From an uncultured delta proteobacterium (GTDB lineage: Bacteria; Desulfobacterota; RBG-13-43-22), in the NCBI GenBank assembly GCA_963790475.1, contig CAWBOS010000011.1, forward strand, positions 192,001 to 256,000: a DNA stretch of 64,000 nt. Reading direction: 5' to 3'. The translations under genes and the position numbers were made by a program. Shown piece after piece: positions 29,051-37,958 of this stretch. Below the pieces are notes generated by a model. The model had not been told where the DNA came from. It saw only the letters and a program-made list of their open reading frames with translations, and did not search any database. Position 1 is the stretch's first letter. Every line of letters starts with the position of its first letter.

Positions 29051-31573
29051 ATGGAAAATATGTCCACCAATTTTTGGAGTATACCTCCTGAACAAATCCT
29101 CCGGGAAATGGCGACTTCCCTACAAGGATTGACCGTGATCGAGGCGGAAAAGCGGCTTAAGCTATATGGGCTTAATCTTCTCCGGCCGCCCAAAAGATCG
29201 GATGCCTTTTCTTTACTGCTCGGGCAATTCAAAAGCCCTATTATCCTCATCCTGATCTTTGCCGCCGGTTTATCTTTGTTTCTTCAGGATTCGGTCGATG
29301 CCCTGATCATCCTGACCATTGTCCTGGTCAGCGGTCTCCTGGGATATTGGCAGGAACGGGGCGCAACCGATGCGGTTAAGAAATTGTTGGAAATAGTGCA
29401 GATCAAGACGACGGTGTCGCGGGATGGGACACCTATGGAAATCCCGGTCGAAGAGGTCGTTCCCGGAGATATCGTCCAATTGAAGGCCGGTGATGTCATC
29501 CCCGGGGATGGGCTGGTTCTAAGCTCAAATGATCTCTTTGTGGATGAGGCTTCTTTGACCGGGGAAACCTATCCGGTGGAAAAGATGACCGCGGTACTGG
29601 CAGCGGAAACCCCATTGGCCCGTCGGACCAACGCCCTTTTCATGGGAACCCATGTAGTCAGCGGTAATGCCCAAGCCCTGGTGGTCCAGACCGGAATCGA
29701 AACCGAATTCGGCCGGGTCTCCGAACGCCTGAAACTCAGGCCCCCGGAAACTGAGTTTGAACATGGGGTCCGGCGCTTCGGCTATCTTCTGATGGAGGTC
29801 ACTTTAATCCTGGTCATTGCCATCTTTGCCATCAATGTCTATCTGGTCCGGCCGGTCCTGGAATCCTTCCTCTTTTCCCTGGCCCTGGCCGTGGGCTTAA
29901 CTCCTCAGCTTTTACCGGCCATCATCAGTATCAATCTGGCCCATGGAGCCAAAAAAATGGCCCGGGAAAAGGTGATTGTCAAACGGTTAACCTCCATAGA
30001 AAACTTCGGCAGTATGAACGTCCTGTGTTCCGATAAGACCGGCACCCTGACCGAGGGTTTGGTCAAAGTCCACTCGGCCCTGGATTGGGAAGGCCGGGAG
30101 AACGAAAAAGTTTTGCTCTATGCCTATCTGAATGCCTACTACGAGAGCGGCTTTACCAACCCCATCGATCAGGCCGTCCGCACCTTTCACCCCTTTGACC
30201 TTTCCTCTTTTCAGAAGGTGGACGAGGTGCCCTATGATTTTATCCGCAAACGTTTGAGCATCCTGGTCTCTCAGGGGGACAAGCATCTGCTGGTCACCAA
30301 AGGGGCGTTATCCAATGTCCTGGAGGCCTGTTCCAGGGCTGAAAAGGCCGATGGAACCCAAATAGACCTGAGCCAGGTCCAGGAACAGATCCAGGGCCAT
30401 TTTAAGGAATTCAGCGCCCAAGGTTTTCGCGTGCTCGGGGTGGCTTACCGGGAAATGGAATCCAAGGTCGTTCTGACCAAAGACCTTGAAAAGAATTTGA
30501 TCTTCTTAGGCTTTCTAGTCCTATTCGACCCCCCCAAGGAGGGTATTGTAGAGACGATTAAGCAACTCAAAGGTATGGGGGTGGCCCTTAAGATCATCAC
30601 CGGAGATAACCATTTGGTGGCGGCTACTATCGGCCGTCAGATGGGTCTTTCCGACCTCAAAATCATCACCGGCCCTGAACTCCAAAAAACCGGCAGCCGG
30701 GCCTTGACTCAATTGGTCTTGGAGGCGGATATATTTGCCGAAGTCGAGCCCAACCAGAAAGAGCGTATTATTCTGGGGTTAAGAAAGGCCGGCCACGTCG
30801 TCGGCTATATGGGGGACGGGATTAACGATGTCTCGGCCCTTCATGCCGCCGATGTGGCCATTTCGGTGAATCAGGCCGTAGATGTGGCCAAGGAGGCTGC
30901 TGATATCGTCTTGCTGGAAAAGGATTTAAAAGTCCTGGCTCAAGGTATCGGCGAAGGCCGGACCACCTTTGCCAATACCCTTAAGTATGTCTTTATGGCC
31001 ACCAGTGCCAATTTCGGCAACATGTTCAGCATGGCCGGGGCCTCCCTCTTTCTGTCCTTTCTTCCCCTCCTGCCCAAACAGATCCTTCTGACCAACCTGC
31101 TGACTGATTTCCCGGAACTGACCATTGCCGCCGATCGGGTGGACCAGGAACTGGTGGAAAAACCAAGGCGCTGGGACATCCGTTTTATTCGAAATTTTAT
31201 GATAACCTTCGGTCTGATCAGTTCCATCTTCGATTACCTGACCTTCGGCGTCCTTCTTTTTTTCCTCAAGGCCCAACCGGCTCAATTCCGAACCGGCTGG
31301 TTCATCGAGTCGGTCATCTCAGCGGCCCTGATCGTCCTGGTTATCCGTACCCGGCGTCCCTTTCTCAAGAGCAAACCCGGCCGGGCCTTAACCTGGGCTA
31401 CCTTGATAGTAACCGGGGTAACCCTGCTGTTTCCCTATACCCCCTTAGGACCAATGTTCGGCTTCCAGGCTCTGCCCCTTTATTTTTTCCCTTTACTGGC
31501 CCTCATCGTGTTGCTGTATATTTTTACCGCCGAAGCGGCTAAAAAGATTTTTTACCAGAAGATTACTTTTTAA
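29051..31573 (+). CDS. mgtA: Magnesium-translocating P-type ATPase
   Basis: TGET, AVGLTPQLLP, DKTGT, GDGIND, SANFGNMFS, FRTGWFIES. Confidence 0.93.
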   Translation: MENMSTNFWSIPPEQILREMATSLQGLTVIEAEKRLKLYGLNLLRPPKRSDAFSLLLGQFKSPIILILIFAAGLSLFLQDSVDALIILTIVLVSGLLGYWQERGATDAVKKLLEIVQIKTTVSRDGTPMEIPVEEVVPGDIVQLKAGDVIPGDGLVLSSNDLFVDEASLTGETYPVEKMTAVLAAETPLARRTNALFMGTHVVSGNAQALVVQTGIETEFGRVSERLKLRPPETEFEHGVRRFGYLLMEVTLILVIAIFAINVYLVRPVLESFLFSLALAVGLTPQLLPAIISINLAHGAKKMAREKVIVKRLTSIENFGSMNVLCSDKTGTLTEGLVKVHSALDWEGRENEKVLLYAYLNAYYESGFTNPIDQAVRTFHPFDLSSFQKVDEVPYDFIRKRLSILVSQGDKHLLVTKGALSNVLEACSRAEKADGTQIDLSQVQEQIQGHFKEFSAQGFRVLGVAYREMESKVVLTKDLEKNLIFLGFLVLFDPPKEGIVETIKQLKGMGVALKIITGDNHLVAATIGRQMGLSDLKIITGPELQKTGSRALTQLVLEADIFAEVEPNQKERIILGLRKAGHVVGYMGDGINDVSALHAADVAISVNQAVDVAKEAADIVLLEKDLKVLAQGIGEGRTTFANTLKYVFMATSANFGNMFSMAGASLFLSFLPLLPKQILLTNLLTDFPELTIAADRVDQELVEKPRRWDIRFIRNFMITFGLISSIFDYLTFGVLLFFLKAQPAQFRTGWFIESVISAALIVLVIRTRRPFLKSKPGRALTWATLIVTGVTLLFPYTPLGPMFGFQALPLYFFPLLALIVLLYIFTAEAAKKIFYQKITF

Positions 31574-31591
31574 GTGCCCCTTTTATTTCGC

Positions 31592-31620
31592 TTGACTACC
31601 TGCCTGTGGCCCATCATAAT
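31592..31620 (+). promoter_or_regulatory. Sigma-70 promoter
   Basis: TTGACT-N17-CATAAT upstream of the thiolase-like gene. Confidence 0.5.
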
Positions 31621-31729
31621 CCACACTTAAATCACCGGTCTTCTATCCTTCAGGGATCCTTTTTTTCCTCAAGGCAGGCATTAACCGGTTCTTCCCCTTC
31701 ATCAACTGAATGACGTTATAAGAAAAACC

Positions 31730-33238
31730 ATGAAAAATTTACCGATTATCGTCGGAGCGGCTCAATATCGTCAGGAAAAAGACCAGGCCCTCCCACTCCA
31801 TCCTCTCGGATTGATGGAGGAGGCCAGTCGGCGCGCCCTGATCAATACCGGAAGTGCCGAGATAAGGAATAGCATCGACGAGATCCACGTCGTCAATCTC
31901 TTCCTCTTTTCCTATCACGATGCTCCCGGGCTTCTTGCCCGTAACCTGGGCTTGAATGCCCAAAGACGATACTACACAGCGGTCGGAGGCAATACCCCCC
32001 AGGCCCTGGTCAATAACGCCGTCAGGGCCCTTGCCGCCGGTGAATGCCGGGCCGTCCTGATGACCGGGGCTGAAGCTTTTTATGCCCTGCGCCGGTCGTC
32101 CAAAGGTAAAGTCGTCTTGGATTGGCCCCGGAGTGAGCCCCCGGATCGGATCGATGGTAACAATTCCCCCGGCTTCAGCCCACTGGAAAAAAAGTACAAC
32201 CTTTCCCGTGCCATTTATGTCTATCCCCTTTTCGAGACGGCGCTCCGGGCTTCTTCAGGCCGCAGCCCGGAGGAGCACCGCAAATATCTGGGCGAACTTT
32301 GCGCTCGTTTATCGCGGATAGCTTCAACAAATCCCTACGCCTGGATACGCCGTGCAGCATCGGCGGAGGAGATAGCCACCCCCGGCTCGGGCAACCGTTA
32401 TATCGGCTATCCCTATACCAAGATGATGAATGCCAATATCGATGTAGACCAATCCGCTGCGCTGATTATGACTACCGAGAAGACCGCAAGGGAATTAGGG
32501 ATAGACCCCGCGCGCTGGGTCTATCCTCTGTCCGGAGTCGAACTTAATGAAATCTGGGTCGTAAGCCGTCGTCCCCGTCTGGATAGTTCACAGGCGATCC
32601 GCCTGGCCGCCCGGCTGTGTCTCGACCGGGCAGGTCTGTCTTTAAATGATATAGGCGTTTTCGATCTCTACAGCTGTTTCCCCTGCGTTGTGGAAATCGC
32701 ACGTCGGGAAATCGGTATTTCGGAAGATGACGGGCGCGATCTATCTGTTACGGGAGGTCTCGCCTTTTTTGGCGGTCCCGGCAACAACTATACCATGAAT
32801 GGCATTGCCTCTGTGGTCGATAGGATTCGAAAAAACCGGAAGCTGAAGGCCATGGTGACTGCCAACGGATTCTACCTGACGAAACATGCTGTTGGAATAT
32901 ACGGCGGTGAGCGGCCCTCTATTCCTGTAAATTGCGGGGAAGCGACCGGCCTTCAGGCGTCCATCGATGCCTCAGCGCTGCCCGAACCGTTGGAACGGGC
33001 CGACGGCGAGATGATGGTTGAAGCCTATGTCATCAGGCATGACAGAAAAGGTGAACCGGAGCAGGGCACGGTGATTGGGAGGGTCAGGGACGGCAGCCGC
33101 TGTCTCGCTCATATCCAAGCCAATGCGGCCTCGCTTTTGGAAATGGAGAAGTTCGAACTTGTAGGAAAAACAGGCCGGGTGCGATTCCATCCTGAAAGCG
33201 GGCTCAACTTGATTTCCTTTAGTGATTTTCCCTTTTGA
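31730..33238 (+). CDS. Thiolase-like protein type 1 (acetyl-CoA acetyltransferase-like with extra C-terminal domain)
   Basis: GGNTPQ, YPYTKMMNA, VDQSAA, DLYSCFP, TGGLAFFGGPGNNY. Confidence 0.85.
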   Translation: MKNLPIIVGAAQYRQEKDQALPLHPLGLMEEASRRALINTGSAEIRNSIDEIHVVNLFLFSYHDAPGLLARNLGLNAQRRYYTAVGGNTPQALVNNAVRALAAGECRAVLMTGAEAFYALRRSSKGKVVLDWPRSEPPDRIDGNNSPGFSPLEKKYNLSRAIYVYPLFETALRASSGRSPEEHRKYLGELCARLSRIASTNPYAWIRRAASAEEIATPGSGNRYIGYPYTKMMNANIDVDQSAALIMTTEKTARELGIDPARWVYPLSGVELNEIWVVSRRPRLDSSQAIRLAARLCLDRAGLSLNDIGVFDLYSCFPCVVEIARREIGISEDDGRDLSVTGGLAFFGGPGNNYTMNGIASVVDRIRKNRKLKAMVTANGFYLTKHAVGIYGGERPSIPVNCGEATGLQASIDASALPEPLERADGEMMVEAYVIRHDRKGEPEQGTVIGRVRDGSRCLAHIQANAASLLEMEKFELVGKTGRVRFHPESGLNLISFSDFPF

Positions 33239-33253
33239 ATCTACTCACAAAAG

Positions 33254-33817
33254 TCAGCGGCGGCCCAGTTCCTCTTCCAGTTGCCAGACGACATCTCCGA
33301 CGAAATCATGAAATCCCCAGCCGATGCCGTCCGTCATCTGTTCCACTCTCGCCAACCGGTCGCGGAACTGTGAATACATCCCCTGCGCCTCGCCGCGCAA
33401 TAGAACGGACAGTTCTTCCAGCACTGACTCCACGCTGTTGTAAAACCGCTCATCAATGTCCCCAAATTCGTGGGTGAATTTTACACCGTTTTCCACATAG
33501 GTCATCAGCAATTCCACCGTTCCCGGGAGGTTGCACGTAGCCTTGCGAAAATCGCGAATGGCCTTACATGCCTCTCCCAGCTTTAGTTTGCCGAAGCCTC
33601 GCGCGGGAAAAAACTGCTCCACGATCTTGCTCCGATACTTTTCCAGGACCTCGGCATTGTTCTCGCCGGCCTTACAGCGGGCAAGGATAAAGTCGCGGTT
33701 CTCAGGGTCCGCTTCAAATAGGTCTTTCATCAGGGCGAGTAGTGCGGGCTTGTCCCAGGTAGTGAGTTGTTGGCGGACAGTACTCCAGCCGCCAGGCTTT
33801 TTGGTCGTGTTTTTCAT
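33254..33817 (-). CDS. Hypothetical protein (DUF6155-like)
   Basis: Helical protein with YVENGVKFT.EFGDIDERFY, GIGWGF. Confidence 0.65.
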   Translation of the reverse strand: MKNTTKKPGGWSTVRQQLTTWDKPALLALMKDLFEADPENRDFILARCKAGENNAEVLEKYRSKIVEQFFPARGFGKLKLGEACKAIRDFRKATCNLPGTVELLMTYVENGVKFTHEFGDIDERFYNSVESVLEELSVLLRGEAQGMYSQFRDRLARVEQMTDGIGWGFHDFVGDVVWQLEEELGRR

Positions 33818-33825
33818 GGCTCTGA

Positions 33826-34116
33826 CTATCTATGTTGAATGCCTTTCAATGGGGGCAATGAATCAGACGGAACGATCAAGGTGATGCTGCGCGCTTGCCC
33901 GGGAACACGCCGAATAAAGCCACGCCGTTCCAGCGTGAGCACCATCGAATGCACGCTCGGCGGCGAGATCTGAAAAAATCGCTGCATGTCTGCTTCAGCC
34001 GGAGCGTAACCGTTCACGACGCTGTATTGATGGATATAGGCCAGAAACTGGCCTTGTCGTTCGGTGAAAATCGGGGTCATAAATTTTTGTTGCTGGCTGA
34101 CAGGGAGACCATTCAT
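33826..34116 (-). CDS. Stand-alone LexA-like winged-helix DNA-binding protein
   Basis: FTERQGQFLAYI..GYAPAEADMQRFF..PPSVH.MV.TLE..G.I.R.PG.ARSI; no peptidase domain. Confidence 0.8.
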   Translation of the reverse strand: MNGLPVSQQQKFMTPIFTERQGQFLAYIHQYSVVNGYAPAEADMQRFFQISPPSVHSMVLTLERRGFIRRVPGQARSITLIVPSDSLPPLKGIQHR

Positions 34117-34119
34117 AGC

Positions 34120-34197
34120 TCACACCTCTGCGACTGTCGGTTCGTCCTCATTGTAAACGCGGGCGAGGGATTGGATCTTCTTGTCGAATTCGATTTT
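34120..34197 (-). pseudogene. Orphan gene tail KIEFDKKIQSLARVYNEDEPTVAEV*
   Basis: Startless frame homologous to 34927-34995; shared DNA cgggcgaggg..tggatcttctt. Confidence 0.55.
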
Positions 34198-34199
34198 TT

Positions 34200-34859
34200 T
34201 TAACCCAAAGTTTCTGAAAAATACGCCTTGTCCCAAATATTTTCTCCCCTATCAAGACTCTTCTTGACCTCAGGAAAAGTAGCCAGGAGTGCTTTTTTTA
34301 AGGAGAGCTTAAGTTTTCGGATGATGGCTTCTATGGATTTTTCCCCATCGGATTCGAGATAAATATGCAGGTGATCCGGGGCCAGCCAGAGCAGACGGGC
34401 AACTCCCCCAACGAGTCCCCCGCAACCAATAACCGTATCAAGAACTAAATTAAAATATTCTTTTTCAGGAGAAAAGACGGGTGTCCTTTGGCTGACATTC
34501 CAGGCCAGATGATACTTGAGTTCCATAAAAACCCCTCCGGGATATTGTTTCAATTTCTGCAGAGCCAGGGCTTTCTGGTATTTGAACTTGTCGGAGTTCA
34601 TTATTTCATAAATGGATTTATGCCTTGCCTTTCGATCAACCGGAGCAGGGGGCGTTACCTCAGCCGAACCAATAAGGTTTAATCTCGGGCGAAAGGCGTG
34701 ACAAGAAAAATTGTGATCATCTTGGACGGCTCGGTTCAGATGACAAAGAATCCCTTCCTCAAATTCCAAATCCCGGCAAACCCGGCAGCGGCTATCGGTC
34801 CGGGCCCTATAAAACTTGTCACATTCCAGACATCTCTGGGGAGCATTTTTTTCAGGCAT
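34200..34859 (-). CDS. IS200/IS605 TnpA-like HUH protein with N-terminal six-Cys domain, lacking the Tyr helix
   Basis: LKYHLAWNV..RTPVF, PDHLHI (HUH), WDKAYFSETLG then stop; N-terminal CxxC-x11-CxxC-x10-C-x13-C. Confidence 0.8.
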   Translation of the reverse strand: MPEKNAPQRCLECDKFYRARTDSRCRVCRDLEFEEGILCHLNRAVQDDHNFSCHAFRPRLNLIGSAEVTPPAPVDRKARHKSIYEIMNSDKFKYQKALALQKLKQYPGGVFMELKYHLAWNVSQRTPVFSPEKEYFNLVLDTVIGCGGLVGGVARLLWLAPDHLHIYLESDGEKSIEAIIRKLKLSLKKALLATFPEVKKSLDRGENIWDKAYFSETLG

Positions 34860-34926
34860 AGCTACTCGGTATCTTTTGAAGCGGCATGGCACGACCGGCA
34901 ACATTTAGCATTCGCATTGGGTCACG

Positions 34927-34995
34927 TTACCTGATGGGTTGTTCCCCTTCACCCCATATACGGGCGAGGGTAGTCTGGATCTTCTTCTCAGACAT
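34927..34995 (-). pseudogene. 22-codon mini-ORF/gene tail MSEKKIQTTLARIWGEGEQPIR*
   Basis: Resembles, from memory, C-termini of fused type I R-M methylase/specificity proteins (FEKKIQATLARIWGE); paralogous to 34120-34197. Confidence 0.55.
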
Positions 34996-35318
34996 TCTGG
35001 TTCCTATTTTATCCTCCCATCAAAAAATTAAAAGCCCCATCTTCTTTTCAAAAAATGGGGGGCATTATCGGACTGCTTCATGCACCGGCCTCTCGGGTTT
35101 GGGAGTAACGTCCTTAAAAAAGCTGATTTTTAGATAAACAATTTAAAACATATCCATTAGTTAAAGTCAACTCCAAAGGAGTAGCGTCTTCAGAGACTTT
35201 ATGAGATCAGACTAATTCAATCCCGGAATTATTTTTTTAAGTTGCACTCGCCGGGCCTTTTAAGTATATAATTTTTGGCTTGGCTTAAGAATTTTAAGGA
35301 ATCGAAGAAAGTCCCGAT

Positions 35319-35885
35319 ATGAATTCACTGAAAGAACTGATTCAAGAATTCCCGGTCCATGAACGAAAACTGGATATCCGCACTTATCCGCTGGATAACG
35401 ACCAGGTGGTCGTCGAAGGGTCTCTCCGGGACGAAAGGATGGTGCCCGGTTACAACAGGGACGGACGGCCCCGCCCACCGGGAGTGGTCCATTGGATGTG
35501 TGTCCGACTTCTCTTGGGAGGGAAGCCGATTACCATCCTCGATGCCGAAGCGGAAATGCCTACCATCCCTCATCCGCTGTGCCCGACTGTTGTCGATTCG
35601 GTGAAAAAAATTATCGGTCTGGCCGTAGTCACCGGATTCAGCGATCAGGTGCGTAAGAAGTTGTACGGGGTGGAAGGCTGCAGTCACCTGATGCACCTGA
35701 TCCTGGCCATGGGACCGGCCGGACTGCACGGCTATTGGGCCGATCAAGGCCGAAAGCCCCACACCGTGCCCCGGTCCTTTGAAGAGACACCTAACCTGGA
35801 GTATCTGATCAACAGTTGCCAGCTGTGGCGGGAAGACGGGCCTTTAGTCAGACAGATTCGGGAATCACTAAAAATAATTGAATAA
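35319..35885 (+). CDS. DUF2889 domain protein
   Basis: VHERKL..VEGSLRDER, VVHWM, PHPLCP, GVEGCSHL, LINSC. Confidence 0.8.
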   Translation: MNSLKELIQEFPVHERKLDIRTYPLDNDQVVVEGSLRDERMVPGYNRDGRPRPPGVVHWMCVRLLLGGKPITILDAEAEMPTIPHPLCPTVVDSVKKIIGLAVVTGFSDQVRKKLYGVEGCSHLMHLILAMGPAGLHGYWADQGRKPHTVPRSFEETPNLEYLINSCQLWREDGPLVRQIRESLKIIE

Positions 35886-35925
35886 CTTGACATTTTGACT
35901 TGAAATGATTATTGAATAACCAGCC

Positions 35926-36067
35926 GAGAGCTTTGAAAAACATTCCTTTTTGACCAATTTCTTCGTCAGGCTCAAATTTTAATCCCTAGAAATACCAAGG
36001 GTATTTTTGGGATTAAATTTTTCGTCTTCCTTGATCTTGAACAAAATTAATTAGTTTTCAGAGTCTT
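35926..36067. repeat. MITE-like palindromic element
   Basis: Imperfect ends gagagctttgaaaa / ttttcagagtctt and an internal hairpin aaattttaatcc..aaatac / gtattt..ggattaaattt. Confidence 0.6.
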
Positions 36068-36117
36068 ACGGCCAATTCTCAAAATATGGTAACCTATTTT
36101 CTTAATTTGAATTTTTT

Positions 36118-37062
36118 ATGATTGAAGTTGAACAGTTAACCAAATATTACGGTTTTGTACCGGCCATATCCGAACTTTCATTTTCTATCGGACAGGGGGA
36201 GGTGGTCGGCTTCTTAGGACCCAATGGGGCGGGGAAAACCACTACCCTCAAGATTTTGACCTGTTTCCTTCCACCCACCTCCGGAAAAGCCCGGGTCAAT
36301 GGCTGGGATGTCTCACATGATTCCCTCAAAGTCCGGGAACAAGTGGGCTACCTTCCCGAGAGTGTTCCTTTATATACCGAGATGACCGTAGAACGATTTC
36401 TTTCCTTTGCCGCTCAGGCCAAGGGGATGGGCGCCCATGAAATCAAAACATCCCTGAATAAGACCCTGGATGACTGCGGGTTACAGAAGGTCCGGGGACG
36501 CATCATCGGGCATCTTTCCAAGGGGTTCAAACAACGGGTCGGACTGGCCCAGGCCCTTTTGAACAATCCCCCGGTCCTGATCCTGGATGAACCAACTATC
36601 GGATTGGACCCGGCTCAAGTGGTGGAGATCAGGGAATTGATCCGGTCTTTAGGCCAGGAGAGGACCATCATATTAAGTTCTCACATCTTACCGGAAGTCA
36701 GCCAGATCTGTCAGAGGGTGATCATCATCAATCGGGGCCGGATTGTGGCCATTGATACGGTCTCAAACCTGACTGCTCAGATTCAGACCTCACGGAAAAT
36801 CCATTTGACCATCCAGGGACCCCCGGAAGAAATCTTAAAGGTCCTGATGCTTCAACCCGGGGTCTTGAAAGCGGAAGAAAAACCAAAGGACGGTCCTGGA
36901 AGATACCAGGTGGAGATGGATAAGGACCAGGATATCAGGGCCGACCTGGCGAGATCGGTCATTGAAAAAGGATGGGGATTGCTGGAAATGCGCGGTCAGG
37001 AGCTCAGCCTGGAAGAGGTCTTTGTTCAGTTGGTGACCGAAGAACCTGGAGACCAGGTATGA
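36118..37062 (+). CDS. ABC transporter ATP-binding protein (GldA-like)
   Basis: GPNGAGKTT, LSKGFKQRVGLAQA, ILDEPT, SSH. Confidence 0.93.
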   Translation: MIEVEQLTKYYGFVPAISELSFSIGQGEVVGFLGPNGAGKTTTLKILTCFLPPTSGKARVNGWDVSHDSLKVREQVGYLPESVPLYTEMTVERFLSFAAQAKGMGAHEIKTSLNKTLDDCGLQKVRGRIIGHLSKGFKQRVGLAQALLNNPPVLILDEPTIGLDPAQVVEIRELIRSLGQERTIILSSHILPEVSQICQRVIIINRGRIVAIDTVSNLTAQIQTSRKIHLTIQGPPEEILKVLMLQPGVLKAEEKPKDGPGRYQVEMDKDQDIRADLARSVIEKGWGLLEMRGQELSLEEVFVQLVTEEPGDQV

Positions 37063-37829
37063 AGGGATTTGCAGCGATTTTTAAACGGGAACTGTACGCC
37101 TTTTTTGCTTCTCCCATTTTTTATGTTGTCGGAGGGATTTTCCTGATCTTGTGCGGTTATTTTTTTTATACCTCCGTGGCCTATTTCAGTCTGATCAGTT
37201 TTCAGGCCGCCCAGAATCCCAATGCGGGAGGGCTGGTCAACTTGAATGAAATGGTTGTAAAACCCCTTTTTGACGATATGAGCATTATCCTTCTGTTGAT
37301 CATCCCTTTGCTGACCATGCGTCTATTGGCGGAAGAAAAGAAGAACGGGACCATTGAACTCCTCCTGACCTATCCCGTTCGGGAAGCGGCTGTAGTCTTG
37401 GGGAAGTATTTGGCCACCCTCTTTATTGTCTTCATCCTGCTGTCCTTGACCGGCATTAATGTTTTGATGATTTCCCTCTTCGGAGTTGTAGAGTGGGGGC
37501 CGGTTTTAACCGGTTACGGTGGTTTGATTTTAATGGCCGCCTGTTTCATTTCTCTGGGCCTCTTTACTTCAGCCCTGACCCAAAATCAGATTATTGCCGC
37601 GGTCCTTGGCTTTGGAGCTTTACTTATGTTTTGGATCATCGGCTGGGCCGGATCGGTCTCCGGACCAGGGGTCGGCCAGGTGGTCAACTATCTTTCCTTA
37701 TTGGAACATCTGGAGCCTTTTACCAAAGGGGTTCTGGATACCCGGGATATTATGTATTATATTAATTTTTCGGTGTTTTTTATCTTCTTAACTTTACGCT
37801 TTCTGGACTCACAAAAGATTAGAGGATGA
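37059..37829 (+). CDS. ABC-2 permease (GldF-like)
   Basis: RELYAFFASP, LTMRLLAEEKKNGTIELLLTYP, NQIIAA. Confidence 0.9.
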   Translation: MKGFAAIFKRELYAFFASPIFYVVGGIFLILCGYFFYTSVAYFSLISFQAAQNPNAGGLVNLNEMVVKPLFDDMSIILLLIIPLLTMRLLAEEKKNGTIELLLTYPVREAAVVLGKYLATLFIVFILLSLTGINVLMISLFGVVEWGPVLTGYGGLILMAACFISLGLFTSALTQNQIIAAVLGFGALLMFWIIGWAGSVSGPGVGQVVNYLSLLEHLEPFTKGVLDTRDIMYYINFSVFFIFLTLRFLDSQKIRG

Positions 37830-37831
37830 AA

Positions 37832-37911
37832 CGATTTCGGATTTCGGAATGCGGATTTCGAAATAAAAGGAACCAAAGAACTGATTGGTAATTTACGATT
37901 TCAGATTTCAG
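37832..37911. repeat. Low-complexity GATTTC(G) short-unit repeat
   Basis: gatttcggatttcggaatgcggatttcg and a later gatttcagatttcag. Confidence 0.5.
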
Positions 37912-37958
37912 AATAGAAAAGTTTATTATAGAAGAAATAATCCTCATAAAAATAAATC

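Noticed and set aside
34200-34904. Active IS200/IS605 element
   Set aside because: No catalytic Tyr helix, no tnpB and no evident subterminal hairpins
33238-35150. Integron cassette array
   Set aside because: No integrase and no attC-like RYYYAAC..GTTRRRY palindromes; the repeats here are coding tails
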